A DNA stretch of 64,000 nt from an uncultured bacterium (lineage in GTDB: Bacteria; Auribacterota; Erginobacteria; Erginobacterales; Erginobacteraceae), in assembly GCA_963822585.1 (NCBI GenBank), contig CAWGIE010000023.1:73104-137103 (forward strand). The letters run 5' to 3'. The position numbers were made by a program, and so were the translations under genes. This document shows, piece by piece, positions 49,031-60,932 of this stretch. Every line of letters starts with the position of its first letter. The first letter of the stretch is position 1. A model generated the notes under the pieces. It made no database searches. It was not told the DNA's origin and saw nothing but the letters and a program-made list of their open reading frames with translations.

Positions 49031-50092
49031 TCATTTTGCTTCTTGAGTTAAAGGCATTTTATCTTCTCCCCGAATATATCTTCCCACCTGCCGTAAGGTT
49101 TTTACATCAATTTCCCGTATCCTTCCCCGGTAATCCGGGCCGACATTAAGCGAAAATATATTGCCATACTTTACCGCTCCCAGATAATCCTGATAGATTT
49201 TTTCAGCCCGATGCACCAGTCCGTCGTGTTCCGGCTGGGAATAGAACCAGTCACCCCCCCCTTCACGCTGTGACCCATCTTCCAAAAATGCAGGAAGGAT
49301 CGGATAACAGAACTCTGCAACCAAATAACTATCAAAAGCTTCAGGAATATGTGACTCCTTCCAAAGAGCATTTTTATCGCCAATGGGACCTGGGCTGCCC
49401 CTTTCGCGAATGTGCAAACGCCCTGCGGTTTCGCCCGTGTTAAAACCTACAAAACAATTCGGTTGATATTGATTAACAAATTTAACAGTTTCAATGTGAC
49501 TTAATCCTCCATCTCCAACCGCATGGTCCATCCAGATGAATTCAATCGGCCCATATCGAGTGAGAAGCTCTTTTAATTGTGCTTTTTTCATTTCGGGATT
49601 AATCCCTAAGCCGGCATCACTGTTTTTCCCATCCACGGCTCCCGGCCAGTTCCAGTCGCCTTCAGAAAAGTAAAGGGCCAATTTGATTCCGTATTTATCA
49701 CACGATTCACGGAGCTTGGCTAGGACATCAATGCCCAGCAAGCTATTGGTCACCTTTTTATCTGTTGTTATTGTATCCCACAGGCAGAATCCGTCGTGGT
49801 GCTTGGTGAGAAACAAAATATAATTCATTCCGGCATCTCTTGCTACCTGGCACCATTGATCGGTATCAACGTTTGTAGCTGCAAAAAAAGATGCATCTTT
49901 ATCAAGTGTGCGGGTCCATCCTCTTCCGGAAAAGGTACTGAATGACCAGCAGACAAACATGCCGAACTGCATCTTTTTAATTTGTGACGCTCGAAGACCA
50001 TCATCAATTTTAACGGTATAATCTATTTGTGGTTGCTGTGCACAACCTGAAATCAAAAATACAATAGTAACTATAGATATTATATTCTTCAT
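49031..50092 (-). CDS. GH29 alpha-L-fucosidase, probable lipoprotein
   Basis: Lipobox ISGC; FGMFVCW, DQW..A..AGM.Y.L..KHHDGFCLWDT, QLKELLT.YG, WMD (nucleophile), LNVGP..GRI. Confidence 0.88.
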   Translation of the reverse strand: MKNIISIVTIVFLISGCAQQPQIDYTVKIDDGLRASQIKKMQFGMFVCWSFSTFSGRGWTRTLDKDASFFAATNVDTDQWCQVARDAGMNYILFLTKHHDGFCLWDTITTDKKVTNSLLGIDVLAKLRESCDKYGIKLALYFSEGDWNWPGAVDGKNSDAGLGINPEMKKAQLKELLTRYGPIEFIWMDHAVGDGGLSHIETVKFVNQYQPNCFVGFNTGETAGRLHIRERGSPGPIGDKNALWKESHIPEAFDSYLVAEFCYPILPAFLEDGSQREGGGDWFYSQPEHDGLVHRAEKIYQDYLGAVKYGNIFSLNVGPDYRGRIREIDVKTLRQVGRYIRGEDKMPLTQEAK

Positions 50093-50450
50093 CCTCTTCC
50101 CAAGAGATAAAAATTAGAACTATCTAATTCAAAGGCGAGAGCAATTCCTGGCATTCGTCCAAAAATAGGACCGTGATAAAACATAAAGTGGCGCAAGCGG
50201 AAGATCGCCATCAATGGATATATGACCGTGGACCCCGGGTGTTGAAACGATTTCGGATTCAGGCTGGCCTCGGCCGTCATTTTAACGGCCGGCTCAACAA
50301 ATGCGGGCTCGTCGATATTCGGGTAATACGGAAGTCCTTTTTGATCCCCCAGCCGACATGAAGAAATGTGGCGGTCAAAAGAATGAAAATAAGTATGACA
50401 AGATTAATTCGGCTACGAAGGATACCCAATAGGAGGGTCTTTCTTCGCAT
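50089..50450 (-). pseudogene. Truncated, frameshifted 5' copy of the GT-C gene 47318..48898 (contains repeat copy B, 50093-50386)
   Basis: MRRKTLLLGILR..LLTATFLHVGWG, a 1-bp deletion at ~50335, then ...YLLGRG* whose TGA overlaps the fucosidase ATG. Confidence 0.85.
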
Positions 50451-50599
50451 AAGTTTTCTTACGCGACAGTAGCAATGTCAGATTTGAGTTAACTCCGATC
50501 ACCGTCCGCTACCGCCATCATCTTGCTGAATTGCGCAATTCCGAGGCAATTATAATCTGTTGATCCGGAATTGATAAGGACTTGCCGATTTTGGAATAC

Positions 50600-52489
50600 T
50601 TACCGAATATAGCCCAGGGCTTTTAAGTTCTTCAGCCTTATTTCTACTTCATCATCATTGGAGGCCGTTTCCTTCTCATATGCCCGCACTTTTTCGGGAA
50701 CAAACTTAACATGCCGGATGACATAAGGCTTGCTGTCCTGAGGAGAGAAATCAAATTCGAGAGAAAATGTGTTATCTTTTACAGTCATTTCTCCCAGTTC
50801 AAGGTAATACAGATAATTTTCCCCGCTTTTCTTGAATAACTCAATACTTAGAGGTTCCTGAAAGGCGCTTTGATCTCCATACCTGAACTTGAAACCAAAA
50901 TCCGCGGGAGGAACAACTATTTCCCCAGTCGATTCCATAAGAATGGATATGTCGTAAGTGCCATCAAGAAATTCAGAGTTGATGGTTAAAGGCACGGTTT
51001 GGCCTTTATCCGAAAGACGATAAAGGCCGAAATTCTTCTTGTTGCGGATCAGTACCCACGGCATTTTGGCGGCGCTTTCGTCCCAGGCGGCCAATTTTTC
51101 ATAAGCTGACTCGGGAGTTATCCGAAAATCATCAATGGAAAAATAAAATATATACTCAGGGGGACATTTTCTAACCGCATTCTTGTATCTTTCCTTATAA
51201 GGGGCCAGGCTTTGTTGATGAAGCTTTCGCATCTTCCGTCTCAACTCCGGTTCCTTGTCTATCAAGTTAGTATCTTCCCCGGGATCACTTTTCAGGTCGA
51301 ACAACATACTTGCGGGTGTTGTTATGTATTTGTAATCCTGGATTCTGACCGCTGCTTCCGTGAAAACCGCTGCTTTAGTTTGGGTTGGATCATTGATGTA
51401 GCTCATCAAGCTCCTTCCGTCCATATTCTTATCTTTCGGCAGGCTGAGCCCGCAAATATCAAGGATAGTTGGCATAACATCCACCGACTCCGTCATCCCG
51501 GAGATTCTGGTATCCTTCGGAAGCAGGGGAGGGTAGCGCATAATCAAGGGTATTCGAATTTGCGGATCAAATTCCGGTTTGTGGTGCCCATAAAAATCAT
51601 GCTCTCCCAGCATTTCCCCGTGATCGGAGGTGATTACCACCAGGGTTTTGTCGGCCAGACCCAGCTTTTCAAGCTTGTCGAACAAATTGCCTATCCATAG
51701 ATCCGTGTGATGCAGGTTGCTGTCATACAACCCTTTCAAGACCTTGATTTCTCTCTCGTCCCATCGCTTGCCAGGCAGTTGCCCGGTTTCTGATTTTCTT
51801 GCAATCTGTCGGATGGCTTCACGTTCTGAATAAGGTATTTCGGAGAGGAATATCTCATCAGATTCTTTCTCCGGATAGGGGGAATGCGGCGACATAATAT
51901 GGCAATAGACAAAGAAATTATCAGCTCTATTGTTTTTCAGCCAAGAACTAAGTTCAGCAATGATTTTATCTTCCCAGGGGGCTTTACCATCTCTAATTAA
52001 TGAAGGGAGAAAAATATTCTCGTCAAATTTCTGTGCTATGTAAGTGTTCCCGTCAAACCAGCCATTGTTATGGATCAGCAGGGTCTTATAACCATTTTTG
52101 GAAAACACTTCGGGCAGCAAAATCTGCTGTTCGTCATAGTCCTTGATTAATGTGGCGGGAGATTCTCTACGAATATCATAATTCGGACTTGCGTCACGAG
52201 ACACGGGTAATGAATAATAACGGGAAAATAAATACTTCGGCACTGAGTTGACCGTATAAGTCGCGTTAGAATAATGATTCAAAAACAGAACCCCTTGTTT
52301 CCCGATTTGATCCATATGAGGCGTAGTATTTTTTCCATATCCGTAACTTGAAAAATGATCGGCGCGGGCAGCGTCGAGGATAATGAAAATAACATTCGGG
52401 GCCGAGGGAACGCTGGAGGAACAACCGATAAGCACAAGTCCGCATAACTTGCATAACAATAACATCATCAAACATCTACTTCTCATCAA
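50600..52489 (-). CDS. Sulfatase-like lipoprotein (alkaline phosphatase superfamily) with an extra C-terminal domain
   Basis: LIGC lipobox, PNVIFIILDAARADH, PHSPY, TSDHGE.LGEH..GH, DVMPTILD, LFDL..DPGE, LKALGYIR. Confidence 0.85.
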   Translation of the reverse strand: MMRSRCLMMLLLCKLCGLVLIGCSSSVPSAPNVIFIILDAARADHFSSYGYGKNTTPHMDQIGKQGVLFLNHYSNATYTVNSVPKYLFSRYYSLPVSRDASPNYDIRRESPATLIKDYDEQQILLPEVFSKNGYKTLLIHNNGWFDGNTYIAQKFDENIFLPSLIRDGKAPWEDKIIAELSSWLKNNRADNFFVYCHIMSPHSPYPEKESDEIFLSEIPYSEREAIRQIARKSETGQLPGKRWDEREIKVLKGLYDSNLHHTDLWIGNLFDKLEKLGLADKTLVVITSDHGEMLGEHDFYGHHKPEFDPQIRIPLIMRYPPLLPKDTRISGMTESVDVMPTILDICGLSLPKDKNMDGRSLMSYINDPTQTKAAVFTEAAVRIQDYKYITTPASMLFDLKSDPGEDTNLIDKEPELRRKMRKLHQQSLAPYKERYKNAVRKCPPEYIFYFSIDDFRITPESAYEKLAAWDESAAKMPWVLIRNKKNFGLYRLSDKGQTVPLTINSEFLDGTYDISILMESTGEIVVPPADFGFKFRYGDQSAFQEPLSIELFKKSGENYLYYLELGEMTVKDNTFSLEFDFSPQDSKPYVIRHVKFVPEKVRAYEKETASNDDEVEIRLKNLKALGYIR

Positions 52490-53710
52490 TCAATTATCCA
52501 TCGCTTTGTTATAGATAGCCATCAAACTTCGGTAGTGGTGCTCGGGAGAATAAATATCTTCTACGGTTTTTCTTGCCAGTTTCCCCATTCCAGACCGGGA
52601 AGGGAAATCATCCAGAATTTTCACTATTTTATCCCGGAGATCATCCGGGTCTCCCGGTCGAAATGTATAACCGGTCTTACCGTCGGCAACAAGCTCCGGA
52701 ATACCCCCTATTCTCGCTCCAATCACCGGCTTCCCTAAGGCAAAAGATTCCAACACAGATCGAGGATTATTTTCGTACCATGTTGATGGGACAACCACGG
52801 CAACTGAATTCCTAATTTCAGTGTGTAAGCTCTCTCCCGTCCTATAGCCTAGAACTTGCACGTTCGATATCTTTTCTCGCTTGATCTTTTCGACAAGCTT
52901 GCTTTTGAGAGGTCCTTCGCCGATTATCTTTAAGCCGCAATCGATATTTTTAATCGCGTCGATCAAAATAGAAATGCCTTTTTCCCGTGAGAGTCGTCCA
53001 AAATAAAGCAAATAGTTTCCGCTCGAATCATATCGGGGATGAAAATTTTTAACCGGCACAAAGTTCGGCAGGTATACCACTTCACTTCTGAATCCCATTT
53101 CCCTGACCTTTTCCAGTAAAAATTTACTGGGGGAAATGAATAGCTTAATTTTTCCATACACCTTTAACACGTTATGGTGGAGGTACATCTCCATCGTATT
53201 CAATATGCTTTTTAGATAAGAGTTTTTAACGCAACTTTTTAAAACGCAATTGTAATATCGGCCGCCCCGGCAGCTTTCACACGGTTTGCCGGCATAATGC
53301 ATTGTGTATGAGGGGCATACCATCTTATAATCCCGCATCGTCATCACCATGGGAATATTATGCCGGTGCAGCGTGTCGATTATCGACGGCGATATTTGAT
53401 GAGCGAAATTATTTAAATGCGCGATATCTACATTTTCCATTTTGAGGAAATTTTCCAATTTATTTCTGGATTCAAAAGAATATAAAAGCCGCGCCGCACG
53501 CGTTATGTTCGTTTTCAGGCTGGCCGGCTGGTTAAAATCTACATACGGGACAAAAAGGTCATGGTGCATATATTCCGGATTATCTTCATGATCCATCCCC
53601 CAGAATAATACATCGTGATTATTTTCGATTAACAATTCTCCCGTATTTATCGTACTGATGGCGCAGCCACCGCGTTTGTATAGATACTTGTTGATTAGAA
53701 GGATTCTCAT
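52490..53710 (-). CDS. GT4 glycosyltransferase
   Basis: MRILLINKY..RGG, YFGRLSREKG, PSTWYENNP.SVLES.ALGKPV. Confidence 0.92.
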   Translation of the reverse strand: MRILLINKYLYKRGGCAISTINTGELLIENNHDVLFWGMDHEDNPEYMHHDLFVPYVDFNQPASLKTNITRAARLLYSFESRNKLENFLKMENVDIAHLNNFAHQISPSIIDTLHRHNIPMVMTMRDYKMVCPSYTMHYAGKPCESCRGGRYYNCVLKSCVKNSYLKSILNTMEMYLHHNVLKVYGKIKLFISPSKFLLEKVREMGFRSEVVYLPNFVPVKNFHPRYDSSGNYLLYFGRLSREKGISILIDAIKNIDCGLKIIGEGPLKSKLVEKIKREKISNVQVLGYRTGESLHTEIRNSVAVVVPSTWYENNPRSVLESFALGKPVIGARIGGIPELVADGKTGYTFRPGDPDDLRDKIVKILDDFPSRSGMGKLARKTVEDIYSPEHHYRSLMAIYNKAMDN

Positions 53711-53723
53711 ACCGAGCGACCGA

Positions 53724-55118
53724 TCATAGCTTTATTTGATGTGTCTTTTCCAGGCGGCGGCATTTCAAGGCTATACCCAGCGTAGCCCAGAAATAGAATT
53801 GAAAAGCAGTCGCCCGGAGAAAATTGCTGGATAGGCTGCCGATCTGCCAGGAAATGAACACAGCCAACAGGATGAAAAGAAGTCTTTTTAATTGAAGGTC
53901 CTTTGCTGCCTTGTATTCCCAGAATATGCTTGATGCCACAAAGATGTTGAATAATAAATATAGGCTAAAACCAAATACACCTGTTTCCAGTAAATACTTG
54001 ATATAGTCGTTGTGGGCTTCCGCTGGTTCGCCAGTCGGCATTATCATCGGGTTGATAATATTGGTAGCCTGAAGACCATACCCTGTGAATGGCTGGTCTT
54101 CCCATAACCTGATCAAATGCCACCAGTTGGCTAATCTCCACGAAATTGAATCGCTTAATTCCTCATGCTGAATATTGTGCTTGAAATTTGCACCTTCTAT
54201 TTCCTGAAGGCGTTGCTGGACTTGTTCGTTCTGAGATAACATGAAAATAAATATCAAAATTACTATTACAATGGAAATTTTATAATAAATATTTTCTTGC
54301 CATAAAATAATATTCAAAAGTAATACAAACATTATTATCCCGTTAAAGCTTACGGTTGAAATCAACGCGAATAATTCAAAAAGCAATATTATCCCCCATG
54401 TTTTCCCGTAATTTTTTCTCCATTTCCAGTATGTCAGTCCTATAAATAATACAATAAACAGGGCGTAGGTGTTCGGGTGAGCTATCGTCCCATAGATCCT
54501 GTGGATATCATTCATAACTATGCCTGTCCTGTTGATAAGCTGATAATATCCAACACCCAATGGGACTATCAATGAAAGCATTATTGCCGTCAGGAACTTG
54601 TTAATATTGGCAATGTTTACCATATTATACGTAATCACAAAGACCATCAAGATCGCCAGGAGTCTGGTCAGCTCCCTGATGGCGATGATGCCGTCTAAGT
54701 TGAATTTGTAAATACTCAAACCGACAAACGGGACCAAGATAACCAGCCATAATCCATAGTACAAAGAAATCGGAGGGAAAACGCTTTTTTTATTAATCAG
54801 AAGATAGATGCAACCTCCGATTAAAATATAAATACTCAGCGCGGCTGGAACATTAAAGGTTACGTCGGCAAAGATATAACCCGTTCCCGTGAATACATCT
54901 AAACTACTTCTTAATACCAGGAGTGGTATAAATAAGATACTGAAATTATATATAGTAATAATCAGAACAATAACACTGAAAATCCCCACTAAAAGAAAAA
55001 GAGCCATCTCCGGAGAAAGGACATAAGCCCCCATGATCATTACTATGAACATTAACCAAATCAATGACAACGCGGGTCCGGAAATATTTTTCGCTATATT
55101 CACTTTATACCCAGACAC
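53724..55118 (-). CDS. O-antigen ligase/polymerase family (Wzy_C) protein
   Basis: RIYGT..HPN..A, S..WR..W, P.TGYG, AHNDY..L.ETG..G; many TM segments. Confidence 0.85.
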   Translation of the reverse strand: MSGYKVNIAKNISGPALSLIWLMFIVMIMGAYVLSPEMALFLLVGIFSVIVLIITIYNFSILFIPLLVLRSSLDVFTGTGYIFADVTFNVPAALSIYILIGGCIYLLINKKSVFPPISLYYGLWLVILVPFVGLSIYKFNLDGIIAIRELTRLLAILMVFVITYNMVNIANINKFLTAIMLSLIVPLGVGYYQLINRTGIVMNDIHRIYGTIAHPNTYALFIVLFIGLTYWKWRKNYGKTWGIILLFELFALISTVSFNGIIMFVLLLNIILWQENIYYKISIVIVILIFIFMLSQNEQVQQRLQEIEGANFKHNIQHEELSDSISWRLANWWHLIRLWEDQPFTGYGLQATNIINPMIMPTGEPAEAHNDYIKYLLETGVFGFSLYLLFNIFVASSIFWEYKAAKDLQLKRLLFILLAVFISWQIGSLSSNFLRATAFQFYFWATLGIALKCRRLEKTHQIKL

Positions 55119-55181
55119 ACTATTTCAGGATTCGACCTTCTCAATCCGCAAGAGTTATAATTCGCATTTCAGCACCTGAGT

Positions 55182-56060
55182 TCAGGAGCTCTTGTTTCCG
55201 TATTTAATTTTCCGGTAAAATTTGAATAATCGATTCTCGTAAAACCGGTGAGCAATCTTTACCTTGATCCAATTGCGGACATAGAGCAGCAAGTTCAAAA
55301 TATACACGGCGAGCGAATAATGTTTTTTAACAATTTTCAATCTCTCCCTTAAAGCCACTGTCCGATTCCTGAAGGACGCTCCATCAAGGAGATAATCGAC
55401 TAAAACCCGGTTGATAAATACGGGGTGAATATTTTCCCGGGAAAAATATCTGATGAACCAATCGTAATCGGCGGTGATTTTCATTGACTCGTCATACAGG
55501 CCGATTTGTTCGAACAGTATTTTCTTTATAAATGCAGTTTGATGACAGATGGCGGTTTTAAAATACAGATCTCTCCTACCGACCCGTCGCCCCCTGACGG
55601 TTTGGATACTGGCCTCTGTATTTACCAGCCTGAATTTGCCGTAGATAAAATCCGCTTCGGGGAATTTCCGAATTTGATCAGCGACATCGGATACAACCGA
55701 CTCAGAACGGAAAACATCTCCACAATTCAAAAAGTTCAGCCATGCACCATCGGCTAACCTTATCCCGTGGTTCATAGCATTGTATATGCCCTTGTCATAG
55801 ATATTATTCCAGTAAGTGAGGTGGTCTTGGTATCGCTTAATGACATCCCGGCTCCCGTCGGTGGATCCCCCGTCTACCAATACATAATTGGTATTCGGGT
55901 AATCCTGCTCCAAAACACTTCTGATGGTCGGCTCGAGAAGAGGTCCTGGATTATAAAATACGGTAATTACCGAAATGGCCGGCCAGTCCGAAGCCCGATT
56001 GACCGATCCTTCTCTGCCGGCATCCTGATCCACCATATGCTTCATCTTCCGGCTATCCAT
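55182..56060 (-). CDS. GT2 glycosyltransferase (WcaE/WfgS-like)
   Basis: ISVITV.YN, VDGGSTDGS, DKGIYNAMN.G, FLNCGD, CHQ, ADYDW. Confidence 0.9.
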   Translation of the reverse strand: MDSRKMKHMVDQDAGREGSVNRASDWPAISVITVFYNPGPLLEPTIRSVLEQDYPNTNYVLVDGGSTDGSRDVIKRYQDHLTYWNNIYDKGIYNAMNHGIRLADGAWLNFLNCGDVFRSESVVSDVADQIRKFPEADFIYGKFRLVNTEASIQTVRGRRVGRRDLYFKTAICHQTAFIKKILFEQIGLYDESMKITADYDWFIRYFSRENIHPVFINRVLVDYLLDGASFRNRTVALRERLKIVKKHYSLAVYILNLLLYVRNWIKVKIAHRFYENRLFKFYRKIKYGNKSS

Positions 56061-56090
56061 ATTATAGATGTTTCTGAAACGCGGTGTAGC

Positions 56091-57056
56091 TTACGATGTC
56101 ACAATAAGCTTAACGAATATTAATGATGACGAGAATACCAACCCTATTAAAGAAGCGATTACCACAATCAGGATTCTTTTAGGTTTGATCGGTTTAATCG
56201 GCAAAACAGGTTCCTGAATAACTTGCGTGGGCGTCGAAAGTGCAAGGCGCAGTTTGAAGATGGCCGCCATATCCCGATACTCGCCGATCTTCGCCTGATT
56301 TTCTTCGATTGACGCGATCAAATCGGATTCTATCATGCCGATATTCTCGATCACCTTACTCAAATTCATTGCTGAAGATTGTAAAAACAACAGTTCTACG
56401 GGATTAATTTGATCAGAATGGATTTTCTCAAATCCGCTGTCGTAATCCTGGAGATTTTGCTTCTCCTGAGTTAAATATTTATTAAAAGATTCGCGCATCT
56501 GTTGTTTTACGGCGATTACATTTGAGATGTTTTTGATTTTTTCTTCCGCGTTTTTGATGGAATCCTCCAGTGCAACGCGATTGGCTTCATATTTCCCCCG
56601 GCTCCGCTCAATGATTATTCCAGCCATCTTATGCAGGAATTCCACTATTTGATCGGGATTCGGAGACTCCTTGAAGATTACGATCATTGGCAATACTGAT
56701 CTTCCCCGGCCGTATTCGAAAGCTTTCGCTTCGACTGCAACATCAAAAAAATTTTCGAGATTAGCAGCCCCCATCCTTTTCAACGTATCGCTGACAAAGG
56801 ATCTTTCATTGATTGCCTCCGCGAGAAGAGCGGGATCTTCAACGTATTCCGCTACGATTTGTCTCGTTGGATCCGAGGGAGGATAAATGCTCCCAACTTG
56901 TATGATCGTTGATGATTGGTATACTTTTTCCAGGAAAAAACTCATCACGGCGGCAATCAAGCCGCAGGCGAGAGTCACACCGATAATTATCTTTTTTTGA
57001 TTGCCCAATATCCTAACAACTTCCTGGATAGAGAGTTCGTCACCTTTCATTTTCAA
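56091..57056 (-). CDS. wzz: Wzz-type chain-length determinant
   Basis: DELSI..V..L, N-terminal TM, KVYQS, coiled region, P.LP.KP.KPK followed by a C-terminal TM. Confidence 0.85.
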   Translation of the reverse strand: MKMKGDELSIQEVVRILGNQKKIIIGVTLACGLIAAVMSFFLEKVYQSSTIIQVGSIYPPSDPTRQIVAEYVEDPALLAEAINERSFVSDTLKRMGAANLENFFDVAVEAKAFEYGRGRSVLPMIVIFKESPNPDQIVEFLHKMAGIIIERSRGKYEANRVALEDSIKNAEEKIKNISNVIAVKQQMRESFNKYLTQEKQNLQDYDSGFEKIHSDQINPVELLFLQSSAMNLSKVIENIGMIESDLIASIEENQAKIGEYRDMAAIFKLRLALSTPTQVIQEPVLPIKPIKPKRILIVVIASLIGLVFSSSLIFVKLIVTS

Positions 57057-57235
57057 GCCTCCATTATTAAATTGTTTTCAATCGAACGCAGATTCAAATT
57101 CCGGCGGCCGGTTATGTTTCCAGAGCTTACCGGGGTCCTGCCACATATTTCTCGGAGGAATATCAATTCACAAGTGCTATCTGTTTTTGTCATCCCCTCT
57201 TCATCGCGCCGGAATTACTAAGATATCCCGAGGGG

Positions 57236-58198
<963 letters not shown>

Positions 58199-59510
58199 TC
58201 ACCTCCGTTAAACACAATAATCAGTTAAATGTTGTCGATCAATTAAATTCCGGGAATAAATACTGATAACATGCTCCGGGATTCTGAACCGGGCACACCT
58301 CCTGCCTGGGGCCAAACCCCCTGATGAACCTGGTGGCGACGGTCACTGTTTATCAGGCAGTTCCGCATTCTCAATTGTCTGATTGCTTATATCCGAAAAC
58401 ACTTTCCCTCGGCCCACTTAAAATAGCGAGGAATCATTATAACAATAAATGAGGCGAATGAGGAGTATCCGTATTATTTGGACAGGATCCTATCTGGTGT
58501 AAATCTCCAGAATCAAGAATATAATAAATAGCTTTCTCCAGCTAGGTCAATCTTTCCCAGGATTTTCTTCAATATTTCCTCCTTCCGCCAGAGAAATCAA
58601 TCCGGAAATGACGGGCTAAAAATCCAACCACTGATGGATTTGTTGCTCGGAGCCTGTTCGAGTAATGGCTTTCGATGCGTTTCGATCGCCGGGCGACAGG
58701 ATACATGGCAGAAAGATGCTGGCGTTGCTGGAGGCATCGTTACCGGCAAGCCGGAAAAACACAGAAGAGGGCTGTGCGCCACTGAGATCCTTTAGGTAGA
58801 CGCCACTTGCGGCGCGACTCCGCGTTGCTGCGGCATCGTATTACCGCAGAGGATACGATTTCGACCGTGCGCCTTGATTCGCTTACAAGTGGTGGGTTAC
58901 TCATCAGAGATCATCACTCGGACAGGCTCCAAGTTTCAGGCTTCTATCCGGCGAGTAATATATACATCCTCCCCGGCATTATTGAACTGCTCCCCCATAA
59001 TAACTCCTTCCGGATCCACTTGTTGACCGCCTCTTCTTTCAGAAAACGTTCAAGCCGGTTAGCCAGACTTATTGATGCAACCTCACGGTTCTCTGAACAA
59101 GTCGGCCTTCGGGCTTCGACTTCAGCCCTTTTGGGCTTCCGCTCAGGGTTAACCCTGAGCAAGGTGCAAAACACTGCGCCGAAGTCCCGAGCTTGCCTCA
59201 GGACGGTTCAAAACGAAACCGGAATTTTCGTGAATAATACGGGTCAGTCCCTTACTAGAAGTAAAAAATGTAACCCCGATTTTTCAACTTTTCCCCATCT
59301 TTCCGAAAATGGAGAGGGCAACCCTGATGAAATCGATCTCTCGGTCGCTCCCTACCACCTCCAGATTCCGCTAGGATGTGAAACTTTGCTGCTCCACCAT
59401 CTCATTTTCTCCTTCTTTTTGTCAGGCAGAAATGTTATCTTTATCCAGTTCACTTACTCCGAATTCTTGCAGAAGGATTATCCTTAATAATTAAGCTTTC
59501 TTCTGGAAAT

Positions 59511-60932
59511 TTGAAAACGAAAATATTCATCATTTATCTGTTCATCGACCTTATTTTGATCGGGATCTGCTTATTGCTTCCCTATTTATTCCGATATAAC
59601 CCGACCTTGGTCCACGATTTCTTTTCCACCCGGTCCCTGAGCACTTTCTTAATGCCGAGGCTAGAGCAGCATTTGCTGATCTTCCTTTTTTGGGCGATCG
59701 TGATCGTCCTGTTCTTATTCCTTTATGGTCTTTATGAGACCAACCGAGAACTCTCTTACCTAGACGAGGCGGTTCTTGTCCTGAAAGCGCTTTTATTTTC
59801 CAGTTTGCCCGCCGCCGCCGCCGTTTTTTTCTTTCAGATTAAAATATTTTCCCGGATGGTTTTTTTCACTACCTTGATCGCCCTAGCACTCTCCCTTATA
59901 CTTTGGAGGATGGGGAAGAGATACCTGGTCCGGCGGCGAGTAGTCCGAGGGTTCAATAACCGAAACGTCTTAATCATAGGGGCAGGCAACGTCGGCCAAG
60001 CCCTCGCCCGTGAGATTGAAAGGAACCGCTACCTCGGACTGGAGGTGGTGGGCTTTCTTGACGACAACCCCGTCCGGAACGCCGAGAACCTTCGAATCCT
60101 CGGCGGCACCGGGGACTTTGAAGAGGTAATGCGGAGAAAATTCGTTGACGAGACATTGATTTCCATCCCCTCGGAGCGGGTTCTGGTCGCCCAGTTGATC
60201 ACGCAGGCCCGGAAATTGGGGAAGTCGGTCCGGGTAGTGCCCGACCTTTTAAGTATGGGAATGGAGGGGATCAAGGCCACTTACCTGGGCCGGATTCCTC
60301 TTCTGGAATACTATGGGAAGGGCCTGCACGGAGCCGATCTGTTCCTGAAAAGATCATTTGATATCGCGGTTTCGGTTCTGGCTTTAATTTTTCTCTCTCC
60401 GGTCATGCTCGGGATAATGCTGGCTATAAAGATCGACTCCCCAGGTCCGGTGTTTTATGTCTCCCGGCGAAACGGTAAGAAAGCCCTTCTTTTCAACTTT
60501 TATAAATTCAGAACTATGGAAAAAAATGCGGATAAGAAGCTGGAGATGCTCCGCCACCTCGATGAAACTGATGGCCCTATCTTTAAAATAAAGAATGATC
60601 CCCGGATTACGCGGATTGGCAGGTTTCTGAGGAGATATAGTCTGGATGAACTCCCTCAGTTCTGGAATGTTCTTAAAGGGGATATGAGTCTGGTCGGCCC
60701 ACGCCCGCCCACTCCCAATGAAGTAGTTAGGTATGCTGATTGGCAATTGCAAAGGCTGGAGATCCGCCCGGGGCTGACCTGCCTTTGGCAGGTTAAGGGG
60801 CGCAGTAATCTCTCGTTCCGGGAGTGGATGAAGCTTGACATTTTTTATATTAAGAACTGGTCTTTCTGGCTCGATATTAAAATTATCCTGAGGACCATAT
60901 GGGTAGTTATCCGGGGGGAGGGCGCATTTTAA
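59511..60932 (+). CDS. Priming polyprenyl-phosphate sugar phosphotransferase (WcaJ/WbaP-like)
   Basis: N-terminal TMs, VLIIGAG, KR.FD, YKFRTM, DPRITRIGRFLR..SLDELPQ.WNVLKGDMSLVGPRP, RPGLT.LWQV.GR. Confidence 0.93.
   Translation: MKTKIFIIYLFIDLILIGICLLLPYLFRYNPTLVHDFFSTRSLSTFLMPRLEQHLLIFLFWAIVIVLFLFLYGLYETNRELSYLDEAVLVLKALLFSSLPAAAAVFFFQIKIFSRMVFFTTLIALALSLILWRMGKRYLVRRRVVRGFNNRNVLIIGAGNVGQALAREIERNRYLGLEVVGFLDDNPVRNAENLRILGGTGDFEEVMRRKFVDETLISIPSERVLVAQLITQARKLGKSVRVVPDLLSMGMEGIKATYLGRIPLLEYYGKGLHGADLFLKRSFDIAVSVLALIFLSPVMLGIMLAIKIDSPGPVFYVSRRNGKKALLFNFYKFRTMEKNADKKLEMLRHLDETDGPIFKIKNDPRITRIGRFLRRYSLDELPQFWNVLKGDMSLVGPRPPTPNEVVRYADWQLQRLEIRPGLTCLWQVKGRSNLSFREWMKLDIFYIKNWSFWLDIKIILRTIWVVIRGEGAF

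Noticed and set aside
50500..50520. GGCGGTAG resembling an ops/JUMPstart element (also near 35460)
   Set aside because: Lacks the downstream TG and is not in an operon leader; an 8-mer like this is expected by chance.
58200..59500. ORFs 58807..59487 and 58944..59174 in the fcl / priming-transferase divergent region
   Set aside because: No family motifs, atypical composition and a REP-like hairpin (ctcagggttaaccctgag) inside; likely non-coding or a remnant.
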